Position numbers and translations under genes: made by a program
The notes under the pieces: generated by a model
Database searches by the model: none
What the model was told of the DNA's origin: nothing
Seen by the model: only the letters and a program-made list of their open reading frames with translations
In this document: piece after piece, positions 40,242-54,525 of the stretch
How the letters are laid out: every line of letters begins with the position of its first letter
Numbering within the stretch: the stretch's first letter is position 1
From: Octopus sinensis
Taxonomy: Eukaryota
Reading direction: 5' to 3'
DNA length: 64,000 bases
NCBI RefSeq assembly: GCF_006345805.1
Contig: NC_042997.1
Location: 58,776,001-58,840,000 of the forward strand

Positions 40242-41599
40242 TCTTGGCGAACTGTGGGTACAGAGTATATTGTAGTATATTGAAGTATAGTGTAAGAGAT
40301 CTGTGGAGAGTAGTATTGTACAGTACAGTGTATGAATATATTGTGTAGTTTAGTACAAGGATATAGTTGTTATAATTAAGCATTGTCTTGCAAACAACTT
40401 GCACATGCAAGTGCTACCAGTTAAAAGCTCCGTATACCGGAAGCTAGCAAGTGTATGGGGTCATCAGGAGAGAATGCGCGCCGTTTCGGGGCCTACCTCT
40501 CGACGGCATCAATGCGCACCGGCCCCCCTCACTGATATGAGGCCCCGCTTGCTAGATCAGCTGGTTATGAAGAACTCAATAGACTTCTAGCCATCGCTCA
40601 TCGTCTCTTTTTAACCAAATCCAGTGGCTAGCCTTCTCCACTGTAGATTGGATATCAGTCATGGTGGTATTGACTTTACGATGAGTTAGGCAAGTTTTAA
40701 ACCAAGGTCAATTGGTTATTGTACGAAGCAATACAAAAATTTGCTACTGTTGTTGAATAGCCTTAAGTGAAAACTGAAAGAACAGAAGTGTGATCAAACG
40801 ACATTCCAGTGATGGTGATCCATCTTTTTCATTCATTTTTTTTCAAAGATAACGTATTTAAAGGCTACACTGGCCATTGTCTCTTTTTCTTAAGACGGTA
40901 GTATGTGATTTACAGAAAAATCTTGCAAGCAGAAATATCTAGCAGACTGGACAAGCTTAAAGAAGCGCCTTCTTGGATTTTGAATTGCATTTGAAACTAC
41001 GAGCTTATGAAACATACATTAATTTTAATGTACTAACACATCATGTAACAGCAAGTATTCCACTGTATATATTTAAGGCTGTTTTGGGGAGTTAAGTGTT
41101 TTCTTGGTCACGAACGTAACGTGGTTCCAATTGCAGTATATGAAACATGGAATTGAACGTGGAGAGTACATTCTAAAATGTCGAGCTCTCATGTGTTAAC
41201 CAGAGATCTTCTAATGTTGATTTTAAATCAATACTTACCAAAATATCATTTAAAAACAGTGATTTTGTGAAGCACGATAATACTTGGGGGGATAAATAAG
41301 AGAGATTAGAGATAAATAAGATCAAAAATTAAGCATTCACCATAAATCACATAATAATCTGATGTTTCATACACAAATGTATTTTTACAAAAAGCGGGGT
41401 TGATGATAAAACGCGTTTAGGTTTGTTACAGTTCTAGTCAGTATGATGTGGTGAGACTGCATGTTGTTGGATTGTGAAGAGAGTAGCGTTGTAAATTGCG
41501 TTACCTGTGGAAAGGCCTATCAAAGAGACGGCCATCATTGACACTAACTCCACATCAACAACCAATGCACGTTGACCAACGGCTCGTTCTACAACATGC

Positions 41600-41885
41600 A
41601 TGTATTACGAGTTTACATCGCCTACGAGATAGAGTGTACAAAATGTGGCGAATGCTATATCGACTACACTATTCAGCCTTTACACATTCGAATCAAAGTT
41701 CGCATCCACATACGCACCTAGTTTGTAAAAAATAGGTAGATAAATTCCAGAGCCGCAGTATGATAATCATAATCAGGAACGCAAACCGTAATATCGTGAA
41801 ATTACGGATCAAAGAAGCTATCTTCATTAAACAATACAAAACAGCCATCAACAATCGATAGGAACTGAACGAAGTCCATAGGCTA
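41600..41885 (+). pseudogene. Decayed GIY-YIG endonuclease (PLE remnant, distinct lineage)
   Basis: AYEIECTKCGECYIDYTIQPLHIRIK (GIY-YIG N-terminus) and NIVKLRIKEAIFIKQYKTAINNR*E (C-terminal E-A..I...N motif). Confidence 0.65.
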
Positions 41886-42891
41886 AAATAACTAGTCTCA
41901 CTAGATTCCATAGGGTGCAAAATTTTACCTTACTTTCTCCTCTCAAACATATACATAGCTAGCTACTAACAACAGAATCTTGACAAAAAGGACTCTTAAA
42001 CATAATCCATGGAATATAATTTATAACCCAGTTGAAGCTGCGACGAATTTAGATGTGTTCCTTTTCGTTGCTCATTTGAAAGTTCATTTTGCCAGAAATA
42101 TCGGATTATTAAATGCTTTGCACAAAAGTGTTATCCGTATCCTTATTTACATTTAGAAAACCGGCTTGCTTAGACGTGGATCTATAAATCACTGTTTTCA
42201 ATATTCCGATATATTTCCTGCACACTACCATACTTTTCTAATATCAGTATTGATTAAAATGTGTCAGCTATAACATATTATTGATTAAAAGTACACTAAA
42301 TTTACTATTCTAATGTTGATTTCTTTCGACAAAGCACAAGACCATTCTTTTGTAAAGGATAGCTCAATCGATTTTATAGACTACATTGATTTCTGAAATT
42401 GGACAAGGTCATATATTTTCAGTGAAGATCATTATCCATTAGATTCACTCTGTACTTGATTAGTACTTTATTTTATTAATTCAAGTAGGATTTGAATTCA
42501 AAATCGAAAAGGGACATAACTAAATACAACAAGGTATCTTTCAGTTGCTCTACCTATTTTTCCAATTCAGTACGCTATATTACAATTTCTTTGTAGTGGG
42601 AATTATGAGCTGTAACGCTGAACAGTGATTTTATTAAAGTTTCTTTAATCGACATTCTTTTGTTCGTTTATTGGTTTGAGCCGATGGTCTGTGGTGTCGC
42701 GGAGACAAAGAAGTTAGTGCAATTATATCGATTCCAGTACCCAAGGTATTGTTCTCTATTTATCTAGTGGCTAAAATTAAAATCATCTCAGTTTGGATAT
42801 TTCCCTCCCATTATAGACTGTAATAGTATTACACTCTAATACTATTTACACTGGTACACCCAAACACAAGTTCATCTATGCCTCTGTGTGA

Positions 42892-42937
<46 letters not shown>

Positions 42938-43479
42938 CGGGCTTCCGTATACTTTCCTTCTACGCAATTTCCCTCAGAAACCTAAGCTAGAGCAGCAACC
43001 CAAGGTTATAGCAAAAGACGCTTACCCAACGTGGGATCGTACCCGAAACCATATGGTTATGAAACAAATGTATCACTCACAAAGTCATATTTGCATCTGA
43101 TGTGTAACATTTGATGTACATAATGTTCTGTTAATATGGCTTCTAATTTAGGCACAAGGTCAACACATTGAGGCGCGGTGTAAATCGATACTATCAACTC
43201 TAAAAGTTGGCTAGTACTTTGTTTTAGCCACCTTGAAAGGACCAAAAGCAGATCTCAAGATTTGAACTCAGAACGTAGAGCCAGAAGAAATACTTCAAGT
43301 TACCTTCTCTATAATCTAATAATTCTACCAGCTAATCGCCTTCGTACTGTGCTTTAATACTTTGGTACTTATCAAAATATAATACCTCTATACTTGTTTA
43401 TCACAGGTGTTTGGTACCAAAAATAATCCATCGAATGAATCAATGATAAACGAATAATAGAACATAAAGAGAAAAATAG

Positions 43480-43790
43480 GTTTCGTTTTGAGACCCCAAA
43501 CTGTCCTATGGATTGTGGATTGTCTCTGGGGGTACGCTTTTATGGTCTAAGCAGAATCTTTGACTGTTTACCAACCTGTGTTATCACAGATCAGTCCGTG
43601 ATAATGAACACTTTTGGTGACATATAAGGCAATCAACAATCTAGGATGGTCAGGTGTCCCCATCCACTGTACAGTCCGGACCAGGTATCCTCCGACTTCC
43701 ATCAGCTCAAACCAACGAGGAATAGTCTTCGCGGATAACGATTTGATAGCACAAAGTGAAAATGGTTCTGAAGAGGTGGGTACAACAGTT
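43480..43790 (+). pseudogene. Mariner transposase C-terminal fragment
   Basis: KAINNLGWSGVP / HPLYSPDQVSSDFHQLKPTRNSLRG*RF (HPLYSPD at 43661-43681) matches the YSPDLAPSDFHLF motif. Confidence 0.75.
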
Positions 43791-43814
43791 TATACTTGTA
43801 TTACTAGTCCTACG

Positions 43815-44296
43815 CATTTCGTATGCAAAACCATAGTAATTCGCAGAGAACATGCCACTTCATCGTCACTCGTCAGTTCGTCAGAACTATCTCTTGAGCT
43901 AGTTGAATCTTCACTTCGGTGGTGGAGGTTGATGAGTGTCTTACTCCATCTTCATGCCTCACGCTTGTCCGGCCATTTTAAAACTTCTTGATCCTCTCAT
44001 ATACACTTCTACGTGGTAGAACTCCCCCTGTGGTCAGAAAGCCTACGATGAACTTCAGCCCCTGATACACCTTCAGACCTCAGAAATCGGATCACCGATC
44101 TCTGTTCTTCCTTGGTGCACACTGCCAACCGAGCGGTCATGTTTATAATATATAAAAGAAAACTATAGCGATGAAGGTCAAAGCTGGATTGTATAGTCAC
44201 AATAATGCTACCTTTTAGCACACGAGTGCTGAAGGCAATGCGGCCAATCTAAAGAAAGTTTTAGCGAATGTGCGAATAATTTTTGACTTGCACATG
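43815..44296 (-). mobile_element. Mariner 5' half (TIR + HTH region)
   Basis: Minus strand ta|catgtgcaagtcaaaaattattcgca resembles a mariner TIR. It is followed by MTARLAVCTKEEQRSVIRFLRSEGVSGAEVHRRL and VYERIKKF*NGRTSVRHE. Confidence 0.8.
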
Positions 44297-44904
44297 TACT
44301 TTAATACAATGAACATATTTTTATTCATTGCCTGTGAACAACAGAGAATAAACTATTCATCATACACCCATACAACACCTATCGATAGCAAGTAGAAGTT
44401 AAGTGTTTTGGTAGAATGTGTGATAGGATTCAAAGGGTTGCCACTCGATTAGTAATACGATATCCTGCCAACTAACACATTTGCAACTCGCAAGGACAAT
44501 GTAGTAAGCATGATGGCAAATAGCAAATAGTCTATTTAAATTTTCACGTCACACCAGAAGACAAACGGCTGTTTTGGATGAAACAGTACCATAAATATCT
44601 AATATCTGATTTGATGAAGGACGAATCCGTAAAGGAATACGAAATCCAGACGCCTTATTTTCAGTAAAACAACGAAAAGCGACAAGGTTAAAATGAAAAC
44701 CGTCTCCTTTTTTTAATGAAGTACGGTGGTGTAAGATAATATGAGAAATGGAGAGGCTCACATGAAATAAGATGCATCATCACTATGCACTGGAGGAAAC
44801 CAATGAAGACGATACAAGTTAGGTACATGATTGATTTTTAAAATAAAAATCTCCTTTCAAATGAGAACATATTCTTAACACCATTGTCAGTCACACAGCT
44901 TCAA

Positions 44905-45017
<113 letters not shown>

Positions 45018-45282
45018 TAGTAGTAGTAAATTTATCTCCCGCCAACAAGTGTTAAACGTATTAGAGTGCAAAGCATACACTAAACAATAACAACCGCAAC
45101 AACAACATCAACAACTTTATCAGCCATCTTCATTTCCAATACTGTCTCCTACGATCCTACGATCCTACAATTTTTGCAAATAAAGATATTTACAACATTA
45201 TTTGCCATTATTTTTCTTAACATGACAAATGTGTCTGCTGAGATAAACCTCTAAACAAATTTTTTTCAGCAATTATTTCCTC

Positions 45283-45418
<136 letters not shown>

Positions 45419-48400
45419 TCCGCTTTAACAGAAAGATAAAATGTCTTAACGTTTCGCAAGCATCTGTATAAATATCAACACAATCTAAATGGAAAACTTC
45501 GCGATAAAAAAAAAACATCTTAAACCAAATGGTGGCAAGTAAGAGATAAAGACAAAAACCGTTGTTGCTGTTGTGTTTATTGTTCTTGTTTTTGGTCTAG
45601 TCTCAAGAGTAATCGTGTCCTTGAACTTTCAAGACCCTCCAATCCTAATGACTTCAGTGTGGCAGTGTCTTAAGTATATAGTATTCTAATAAGGACGGAC
45701 GACGTACTTAGCGCTGGCTTGAAGGAAACATTGTAGGAGTGGCCTAAGCTGGAGAGTCAGGTGTATTAGGTTGTATGAGAGGCTATTGTAATTGCGATAA
45801 AATAAGCAGAATGAAGAGAACGCGTCTGCAATGTTGTTAAGTATTTGTCAGTCTATCCGTTGGTAATGAAAAGGCGGCGAGCTGGCAGGAACGTTGGCAC
45901 GCCGGGCAAAATGCGTAGCTGTATTTCGTCTGTCGTTACGTTCCGAGTTCAAATTCCGCCGAGGTCGACTTTGCCTTTCATCCTTTCGGAGTCGATAAAT
46001 TAAGTACCAGTTACGCACTGGGGTCGATGTAATCGACTTAATCCGTTTGTCTGTCCTTGTTTGTCCCCTCTGTGTTTAGCCCCTTGTGGGTAGTAAAGAA
46101 ATATATCCGTGGGCAATGAGCAAGGTCTGCATGCGGAACAACACCACTGTCTAAAATAGATGGGCAGTATTTCATTGTGAGTGCTTGATCTTTGTGGATA
46201 ATCAGAGATGAAGAATTTTTTCTGATTCTGAAGCGGAAAATCAACTTTTTAGATGCAATTTTATCTATATTATGAATATGCAAGTCATCGTTTTAATTTT
46301 CGCTGTTCATTGTGAATATGATGATTTTATCATCAGTTGGTAGACATAAGAACGCAACAGCAAATAATTTGTTTGCTGAAGTTATAAACAACATCTACAA
46401 ACTTTTAGATTCATTAGTCTGGGGTAGCTCTGGCTAATGAGGCACATCTAAGTCGAAATACTGAACTTTCCAATGTCCTCTTACACTAATGAACCGAGTG
46501 TGTTATGAACATGCATCTAAAAGAAACTGTTCTCAAATGATGAAACACATGTCATCGTGTGTATGAATTTGTCAGGAAAGTTCACCATAAGATGTAAGGG
46601 TCCAACATTCATAGAATGTCTGAGAAATTTAGTAAGGTTTCTTTTTATTAAGCTATAGAAGGCAAGATACATATTGTTCCTTTGTGAAACTATAAGCAGT
46701 AATTGTATATTTATTTGTTGAAAATTGCGGTGAACGTTTTCTAACTCTGTTCATTGGAGGCAGTACAGAATTGGTGCTGTGTGTTGAGGTTGCGTGTGAA
46801 TGAAGAATGCGTGCAAACGTTTATGGAGAAGTGAAAGTACTGTCAAGTGCGTAGGAGTCAGCGTTATTAAATAGGAAAGGAAGTAGATTATTAATCAGCA
46901 GGACGAATACAGAGGAATACAATCCAACCATGTCACGCGAAGATTGATAGAATAGGGGCGGGGGAGAACCACATCAGCGTACGCTAGAATTGTACAATCT
47001 GACAGGAAATTCCAATCAAATAGAAATGAGAGTGATTGGGTTTGAGAACAGAATTCTCTGTGTGCAGATACAGCTAAATTTCGCATTATTTCTATTAAAA
47101 ATTATATATTCATTATTCTTCGGCGAGTGTTTACATATCTAAAACAAATGATTAGCGATACATGCATCTGCATTAAGATTGTATAAAAGCATTAAAACAA
47201 ATTATTTTTACATTTTCTATCTGTGAGAATTAATATTATTATTATTTATTGAAAGCGGCAAGATGGCAGAATCATTAGCACGCCGGGTATTAGTGGTATT
47301 TCAGATTCCGCCGAGATCGACTTTGCCTTTAATCTTCTCGGGTCAATAAAATAAATACCAGTCGAACATTGGGGTTCATGTAATCGACTTACCCCCCCCC
47401 CCCATAAATTTCTGACCTTGTGCCAAAATGTGAATCTAATATTAAAGGCGGATGGCTGACAAATCGTTAGCACGCCGAGCGTGGTGCTTAGCGGGATTTC
47501 GTCCGTCTTTTCGTTCTGAGTCCAAATTCCGCCGGGGTTGACTTTGCCTTTCATCCTTTCGAGGTCGAAAATAAGTGCCAGTTGAGCATTGAGGCCAATG
47601 TAATCGACTTACTCGCTCCCTTAAAATTACTGGCCTTTGGCCAAAATTTGAAATCAATATTATTATTATTATTATTATTATTTGTGTAGCTAATTTTATT
47701 AATTCAACCCGCTTTAAGATAATGGTTATCTGTATAGCCACTTTCATCAAATTACAATTACGGGAGGCAGGTGATTTGAGAAATATCCTATATACCAAGC
47801 GAAAGGTCTTGTTGTCTCTATTTATCCCGTTACTTTGATTTTAGTCTACTAAGGCCAGTTTGTGACTCCTTGGCCCTGAATAAATTTCTATTGAATAATA
47901 TAGTTTGCGTCTACCCCTGTAGGTATATATACAAGTATATTCTGTGTTATGGGCCCAGTACGCTTCCGTGGTACCACTCTGATAATCAAGTTATTAAGCA
48001 ATTCTATACAATGCATTATTTCTTATACTGTCTGTTCTGGGTAACATTACTTCTATTACATCATCCATCATATAATTTATCATTCATTTATCTATTTATT
48101 TATTTCACTACATTGGACTGATTCAAATATACGAAATATAATAACTATATGCATGCTACAGTTCTGAAATACATTTTTTTACTTACTGAAAGGCGACATT
48201 TCACTCAGCTGACACTCCGATAACCATATTTGAAAAACCACATGTATAGATCTGCGAGTTGCAAATTTTCCTGAATGTCTATTCATTTGCCATTTTCAGA
48301 TCAGCTAGAAATAAATCAATTCTATAAATGTTTCCCCACTGCATAAACTAGTAAATGTGCTTGTTAGATTATGCACTGTAACTTTACTGAGAAAAAGTCT

Positions 48401-49074
48401 CCATCTTGAATAACCATTCAGAATTGCTGTCTTTTCGTTGCCACACATCAATACATTTGTTATTATATAGAAGGATAGGTGTATTCCATCTAATGTGACT
48501 CTACTCAGAAGGCTGTAATATCATTTGACAGGAACACGATATAAAGAAATACATGGAACAAGGTGGTAACTTTAAATGTCTTTAACGCCGGCCACACGTA
48601 TATATACAAGCTGAATGATAAATGGAAATTGTTGATGAACATTTATTCATATCTCTACATACATCTGCGTGGGTTGTATGTTTGCTGTTAACCATGGTGA
48701 GGTAGCTCGCGAACAGCGATATGTTAGAACCAGTGCAGTGTTGTTGGGGCTGTGTAGAGATGTTGTTGACAACGTTGGTGAGAGACATGATGGTGGCGAC
48801 GAAGATGGAGGTCGCTGTAATGTGGTCAGTGGTTAGACCTTAGAATGTCTGGAACCAACAGACTTCAAGACGAGGAGGAGGTGAGATTTTATAGCTAACG
48901 GTAGGCTCAAATGAAGTTTAGAACAGACTGTCTCACGTGATTTATTTAGAGGCTGTGATTGGTTAGGTTGCATATTGGCACGCGATATAGTAAGAGACAA
49001 ATTTCACCAATACCAACGAATTAGAGTGGTAAACACAGTGGGGTCTGAAACAGCGCCCAAATGTTAGCTACATT

Positions 49075-49842
49075 CGTATGTATGTATGTATGTATATATA
49101 TATAGATATATATATATATAATATATATATATATAATATATATATATATATCTATATATATATATATATATAATATATATATATATATTATATATATATA
49201 TATCTATATATATATATATTATATATATATATATGTATGTATATATGATAGAGAGAGGAAGTTCACTAGAGTTCACTAAAAATATATTTTTAGAAACCAA
49301 ATTGCATATTCTTATTGTATATATTTTTGAAAAAAATCATCAATTTTATGCAATAACATCCCTACTTCAGTAAAAAGTTTTAAATTGTTAAAGCGCTTGT
49401 TTAACGATATTTTTAATTATTTATATAAAATTATTACATTTAGCCAACTGACTACTTCAAAATTGGTGAGACGTAAACTAATTGCTGCAATCGATGTAAT
49501 TTCAGCTTAAAATTATATATGTACGTGTGTGTGTATATATAATATATATATATATACGTATGTATGTATGTATATATACATATATATATATATACGTATG
49601 TATGTATGTATATATACATATATACATATATGATATATAATATATATATGTATATAGATGTATGTATGTATGTATGTATATATATATATATATACATATA
49701 TACATACATACTTCATACATATATATATGCACATACACACACACATACACAGACACATTCACTCACTCACATATATATAAAGTCTAAATTAGGAATTTTT
49801 GTAAAACTTAACGATAAATATATGGAAAACTACAGAACGAAA

Positions 49843-49910
<68 letters not shown>

Positions 49911-49916
49911 TTATAT

Positions 49917-49974
<58 letters not shown>

Positions 49975-50149
49975 AACCAAGAAAAAGGCAACAAGAATGG
50001 ATCGGTAGTTTAGTACAATTCTTGTTGCTTTTTTCTTGGTTATAATCACCCCACATAATTTTATGGTTAATACCATAAGAATTCTGGTGCATCTAAGTTA
50101 AGTACCATATTCATTTGAATTCATTTGAATTTTAATTGTTTTGCTGAAA

Positions 50150-50219
<70 letters not shown>

Positions 50220-50246
50220 ATGTATGTATGTATGTATACATAAATA

Positions 50247-50279
<33 letters not shown>

Positions 50280-51265
50280 TAGATTGTTTTCATTATACTA
50301 CTGTTGGGCAAGCAATCACATGCAATCACAGCATGCTTTCAATGATGAAGAAGAGGGCAGGAAGAGGATGCAATTACTTAACAGGTAACGTGTAATGAAA
50401 AGTAAACAAGCTCACACATCGGGCTGTTTAGCCAAATAACAATTGTCTTGTTGACATGGTCCCTACATTTCCATTAGAAATCGATATTGCAATACGTAAA
50501 AGTATCCCAATAATATCAGCAGCAAAAATGAAACGCGAACCGAAGACCAACCGCAATCTTAACTCTTTGCTGGCTGTAAATCTTGCTCAACCAGACATCA
50601 CCTCCTTGCATCATAACATTTTTGTATGAACATAATTTCTTGTTTGTTTGTTTTTTGGTTGCTCTCTTTCGTATTTTAATCATTTTGGTTTCAGAAATTG
50701 AAAATGATTGGATCATTAGTCGGAATAGTTGGAATATAATCAAAACTAGGAATCTGTTGCTTTCCCAATTAACTATAGCGAGTCTACATGTCTGCATATT
50801 CATTTTCGCCCAATTGGTATAATTAGGTATACATACACATATATATATATATATATATATAATATATATATATATGTATATAGATGTATGTATGTATGTG
50901 TGTGTATATATATATATATACATATATACATATATGATATATAATATATATATATATGATATATAATATATATATGTATATGATATATAATACATATATA
51001 TATATCACTCTTTTACTCCTTTCAGCCATGCAGCTGCGGTCATGCTGGAGTACCACCACATATATATACAAATAGATAGATAAATAGATAAATAGACGCG
51101 TGTCCTTATAATGCATGTATGCGTATGTGTGTGTGTTTGTGTGTCCGTGCGTGTTTGTATTTGTACATTCATATGAATATATATACAAATACGAAATACG
51201 TATGTGTGTGTCTGTATACACAGACACACACACACATATACAGTATATATATATGTATATATATG

Positions 51266-51298
<33 letters not shown>

Positions 51299-51324
51299 TA
51301 TATATATAATATATAATATATATA

Positions 51325-51357
<33 letters not shown>

Positions 51358-51420
51358 CGTATGTATGTATGTTTATATATATATATATGTGTGTGTATAT
51401 ATGTATTTGTATATATATTC
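49075..51420. repeat. Extended TA-rich microsatellite domain with short unique islands
   Basis: Repeated (TA)n/(TATG)n/(TG)n runs. Confidence 0.9.
49972..50044. repeat. Near-perfect 27-bp inverted repeat with 19-nt loop
   Basis: TATAACCAAGAAAAAGGCAACAAGAAT (49972-49998) versus 50018-50044. The single difference is a G:U pair on the plus-strand RNA. Confidence 0.9.
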
Positions 51421-51749
51421 AAACTAATGTATTATCACATCTAACATCTATATTTACGAGAGATTTTTCTACTTAAGAACCTAATTACAAACCCTCTGCT
51501 TCTTTCGATTTTTCTCACGTTTTCTCTCTACTAAATTCCATTCGTTATATCTATATATGCAGAAAAATTTGTATAATTCACAATAAATGAATACAGGTTT
51601 ATACACAGAGAGAACTGCTGTATGTATACATGTATATCTGTATGCGTATGTGAGTGTATATGTACGTATGTGTATGCGTATATAAATAGATACATACATA
51701 CATACATACATATACCGACATGCATATACAGAGATACATATACAAAAAC

Positions 51750-51780
<31 letters not shown>

Positions 51781-51789
51781 CACACGCAT

Positions 51790-52058
51790 AGGAGCACTCT
51801 GTCGCTTACAACGACGAGGGTCCCAGTTGATACTCTCAACGGAACGGCTTACTCGTGAAATTAACGTGCAAGTGGCTGAACACTCCACAGACACGTGTAC
51901 CCTTAACGTAATTCTCGGGGAGATTCAGCGTGGCACAGAGTGTGTCAAGGCTGGCCCTTTGAAGTACAGGTACTACTCATTTTTGCCAGGTGAGTGGATT
52001 GGAGCAACGTGAAATAAAGTGTCTTGCTCAAGCACACAACCAGTCGCCGGGAATTGAT
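51790..52058 (-). mobile_element. SINE family D, head truncated by the adjacent foldback element
   Basis: Minus strand gatcaattcccggcgac..gtgcttgagcaagacacttt..ttgctccaatccactcacctggcaaaaatgagtag..gggaccctcgtcgttgtaagcgacagagtgc. B-box remnant plus a SINE-like body; single copy here. Confidence 0.6.
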
Positions 52059-52061
52059 CTC

Positions 52062-52695
52062 GCCACTAGGTGGATTCCTAATATGCTAAAGATAGACCCC
52101 ATATGGTCTAACACCTAAGAAAAATTGTTCTCAAGAAAATTCGGCAAACGCCAGAACCTAAAGCAAACAGGACAAAGGAAAAGGTATAAATTATAGTAAT
52201 TAGTCACATACCATTATTTTCTGCAGAGTCATTTCCGGCTTCGGCGCTCCAAAAAAAAAAGACATTTGAAGTATACTCCCAAACATAATTGATAGAATTG
52301 TATGCATGTTCTCTCCTTAGAGGACGTCTCATGTATAGTTCTGCAAATTATATTTTCCATGACGGTGACACTAAAGATTTGCAGACATTTACGTAATGTA
52401 AATGATAACAATGAAACCATGGTATGTGACTAAACACTATATTTTGTATCTTTTCGTTTGTCTTGCTCGTTTTACGTTCTGACGTTTGCCGAATTTTCTT
52501 GAGACTAATTTTTCTTAGTGGTCAGACCATATGGGGTCTGCCTTTAGCATATCAGGAATCCAGCTAGTGGCCATTCCTCTTATATGTATGTAATATAATT
52601 TCTTGAATCTTCAGATTTTTTCAATATGCTAGGCCACTGGTTTAAATTGATATTAATCTAATTAATAACAATTTTTACCCTTATTATTTAAATTT
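52062..52695. mobile_element. Asymmetric foldback element: ~150-bp inverted arms, 206-bp spacer, ~125-bp one-sided extension ending at (TA)n
   Basis: 52062-52213 aligns to the reverse complement of 52420-52571. The extension 52572-52695 is shared with 10347-10474. Confidence 0.85.
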
Positions 52696-52701
52696 ATATA
52701 T

Positions 52702-52746
<45 letters not shown>

Positions 52747-53411
52747 TAATGAAGACGGAAGATGAATATAGCTTCGATCCTTCACGGATGGAACACTTAA
52801 CAATTTGTTCAGGGGCATCTGGCGGTGCAGATGTGTGTCATCGGGTGGTAATAGCTACAACTTGTTAAAATAACAGTTCCACAATGTATTTTCTCATTTT
52901 GTAGAAAGAAAAACAGCAAAACGAAGGAAATATCTTCATTTATATAGAAGATCAAAAATAAAATCACAGATGCAAGAAAGAAAAGAACACTCAGTACAGC
53001 GAGAAAAGTATTAAAAATAACCTATTTCTTTACTACCCACAAGGGGCTAAACACAGAGAGGACAATCAAGGACAGACAAACGGATTAAGTCGATTGCATC
53101 GACCCCAGTGCGTAACTGGTACTTAATTTATCGACCCCGGAAGGATGAAAGGCAAAGTCGACCTCGGCGGAATTTGAACTCAGAACGTAACGGCAGACGA
53201 AATACGGCTACGCATTTCGCCCGGCGTGGTAACGATTCTGCCAGTTCGCCGCCTAAAAATAAAGTATTAAAAATAACCGTTAACAGATATGGATGTATAA
53301 ACCCCCTCGTGCAGGTTGCACGGCGCGTGTACACTCGCTCGTACGAGCATCCAAGAAAATGTAACAATACGCACACGTATGGTTTGCTGCGTACACGATC
53401 AAAAAGCGAAT

Positions 53412-53523
<112 letters not shown>

Positions 53524-54080
53524 GGTATGTGCATGTACTTGTTTCACACTGCTTCATTCAACTATACCGTACCAACCTATCTTCTGACTCTAACATTCGC
53601 CATCAACAGATGTATTGCTGATTACTTTACACATGATGTAGTTCTCACTTTTCATTAATTCTTAATGAAATCAAGCTAGAGAGTGGTAAGCAGAGAAAGA
53701 AGTAAATATTACAAGAGAAATGTAATTAAACTAATGTAACAAGCTAAATAAGTTAGTTGCAGAATAATTGATTTGGACTTTCCGGAAAGCATACACGGTG
53801 CAACAAAGCTCATGCGGTAATGTATCTGTTGTAATTAAAGCGGTTCATATATTACACAAAACTTACTTTGTACACATATATCCACCCACTAACACACACA
53901 TAAATTCGCACCGACGAATGGGAACGTAAAACTCCGAGTAACAGTTCTTGTGATGTCTTTGCAGCTTTATTAATAGAGAGACAGACAGACAGATAGACAG
54001 ACAGACAGGCACAAAGAGACTGAGACTGAGATAAACGGACAGGCCGATAGACAGACAGGCATGTAGCTGGCTAGCTTGCT

Positions 54081-54134
<54 letters not shown>

Positions 54135-54192
54135 TAGATAAGACAGACAGACAGACAGACAGACAGATAGATAGATAGATAGATAGATAGAT

Positions 54193-54223
<31 letters not shown>

Positions 54224-54224
<1 letters not shown>

Positions 54225-54494
54225 GTTTCTTTATTAGCCACACAGGGCCGAACACAGAGGGGACATAATACAATACAGAGCTTTTCTTTTCGGAACAAAA
54301 AGGAGAAAAATAAAATTCCGATCAAAAGGGATCGTGTAAGAAAAAAAAAACCATCAAAAGGGATCGTGTATCACAAAACTCTTAAGAGTATAAAAGGCAA
54401 GATTAGGTTTATCCGTGGAAAGAAAAGCCTACGGAAAAGACCACGGTAAACTCAGGCAGTGATGGAATAAGCACACGAGAGTAAAAGTGCTCTT

Positions 54495-54525
<31 letters not shown>

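Noticed and set aside
40430-40560. GC-rich patch with scattered hammerhead-like words (ctgatga, ggccccgaaac, ctgatatgaggcccc) and 8-9-bp inverted repeats
   Set aside because: The parts are not in the right order or strand to build a core.
41693-41920. Hydrophobic minus-strand ORF suggesting a membrane-protein exon
   Set aside because: It is the antisense of the plus-strand GIY-YIG remnant.
44605-44640. ttgatgaagga-cgaa-tcc-gtaaa as a hammerhead
   Set aside because: Both conserved boxes are altered and there is no stem I or III.
48930-48975. E-box (cacgtg) and reverse CCAAT as a promoter
   Set aside because: Short motifs expected by chance; no associated gene or transcript evidence.
53298-53355. 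cgtgca-ggt-tgcacg hairpin and gctcgtacgagc palindrome as a Helitron 3' end
   Set aside because: No CTRR terminus at the expected distance and no second copy.
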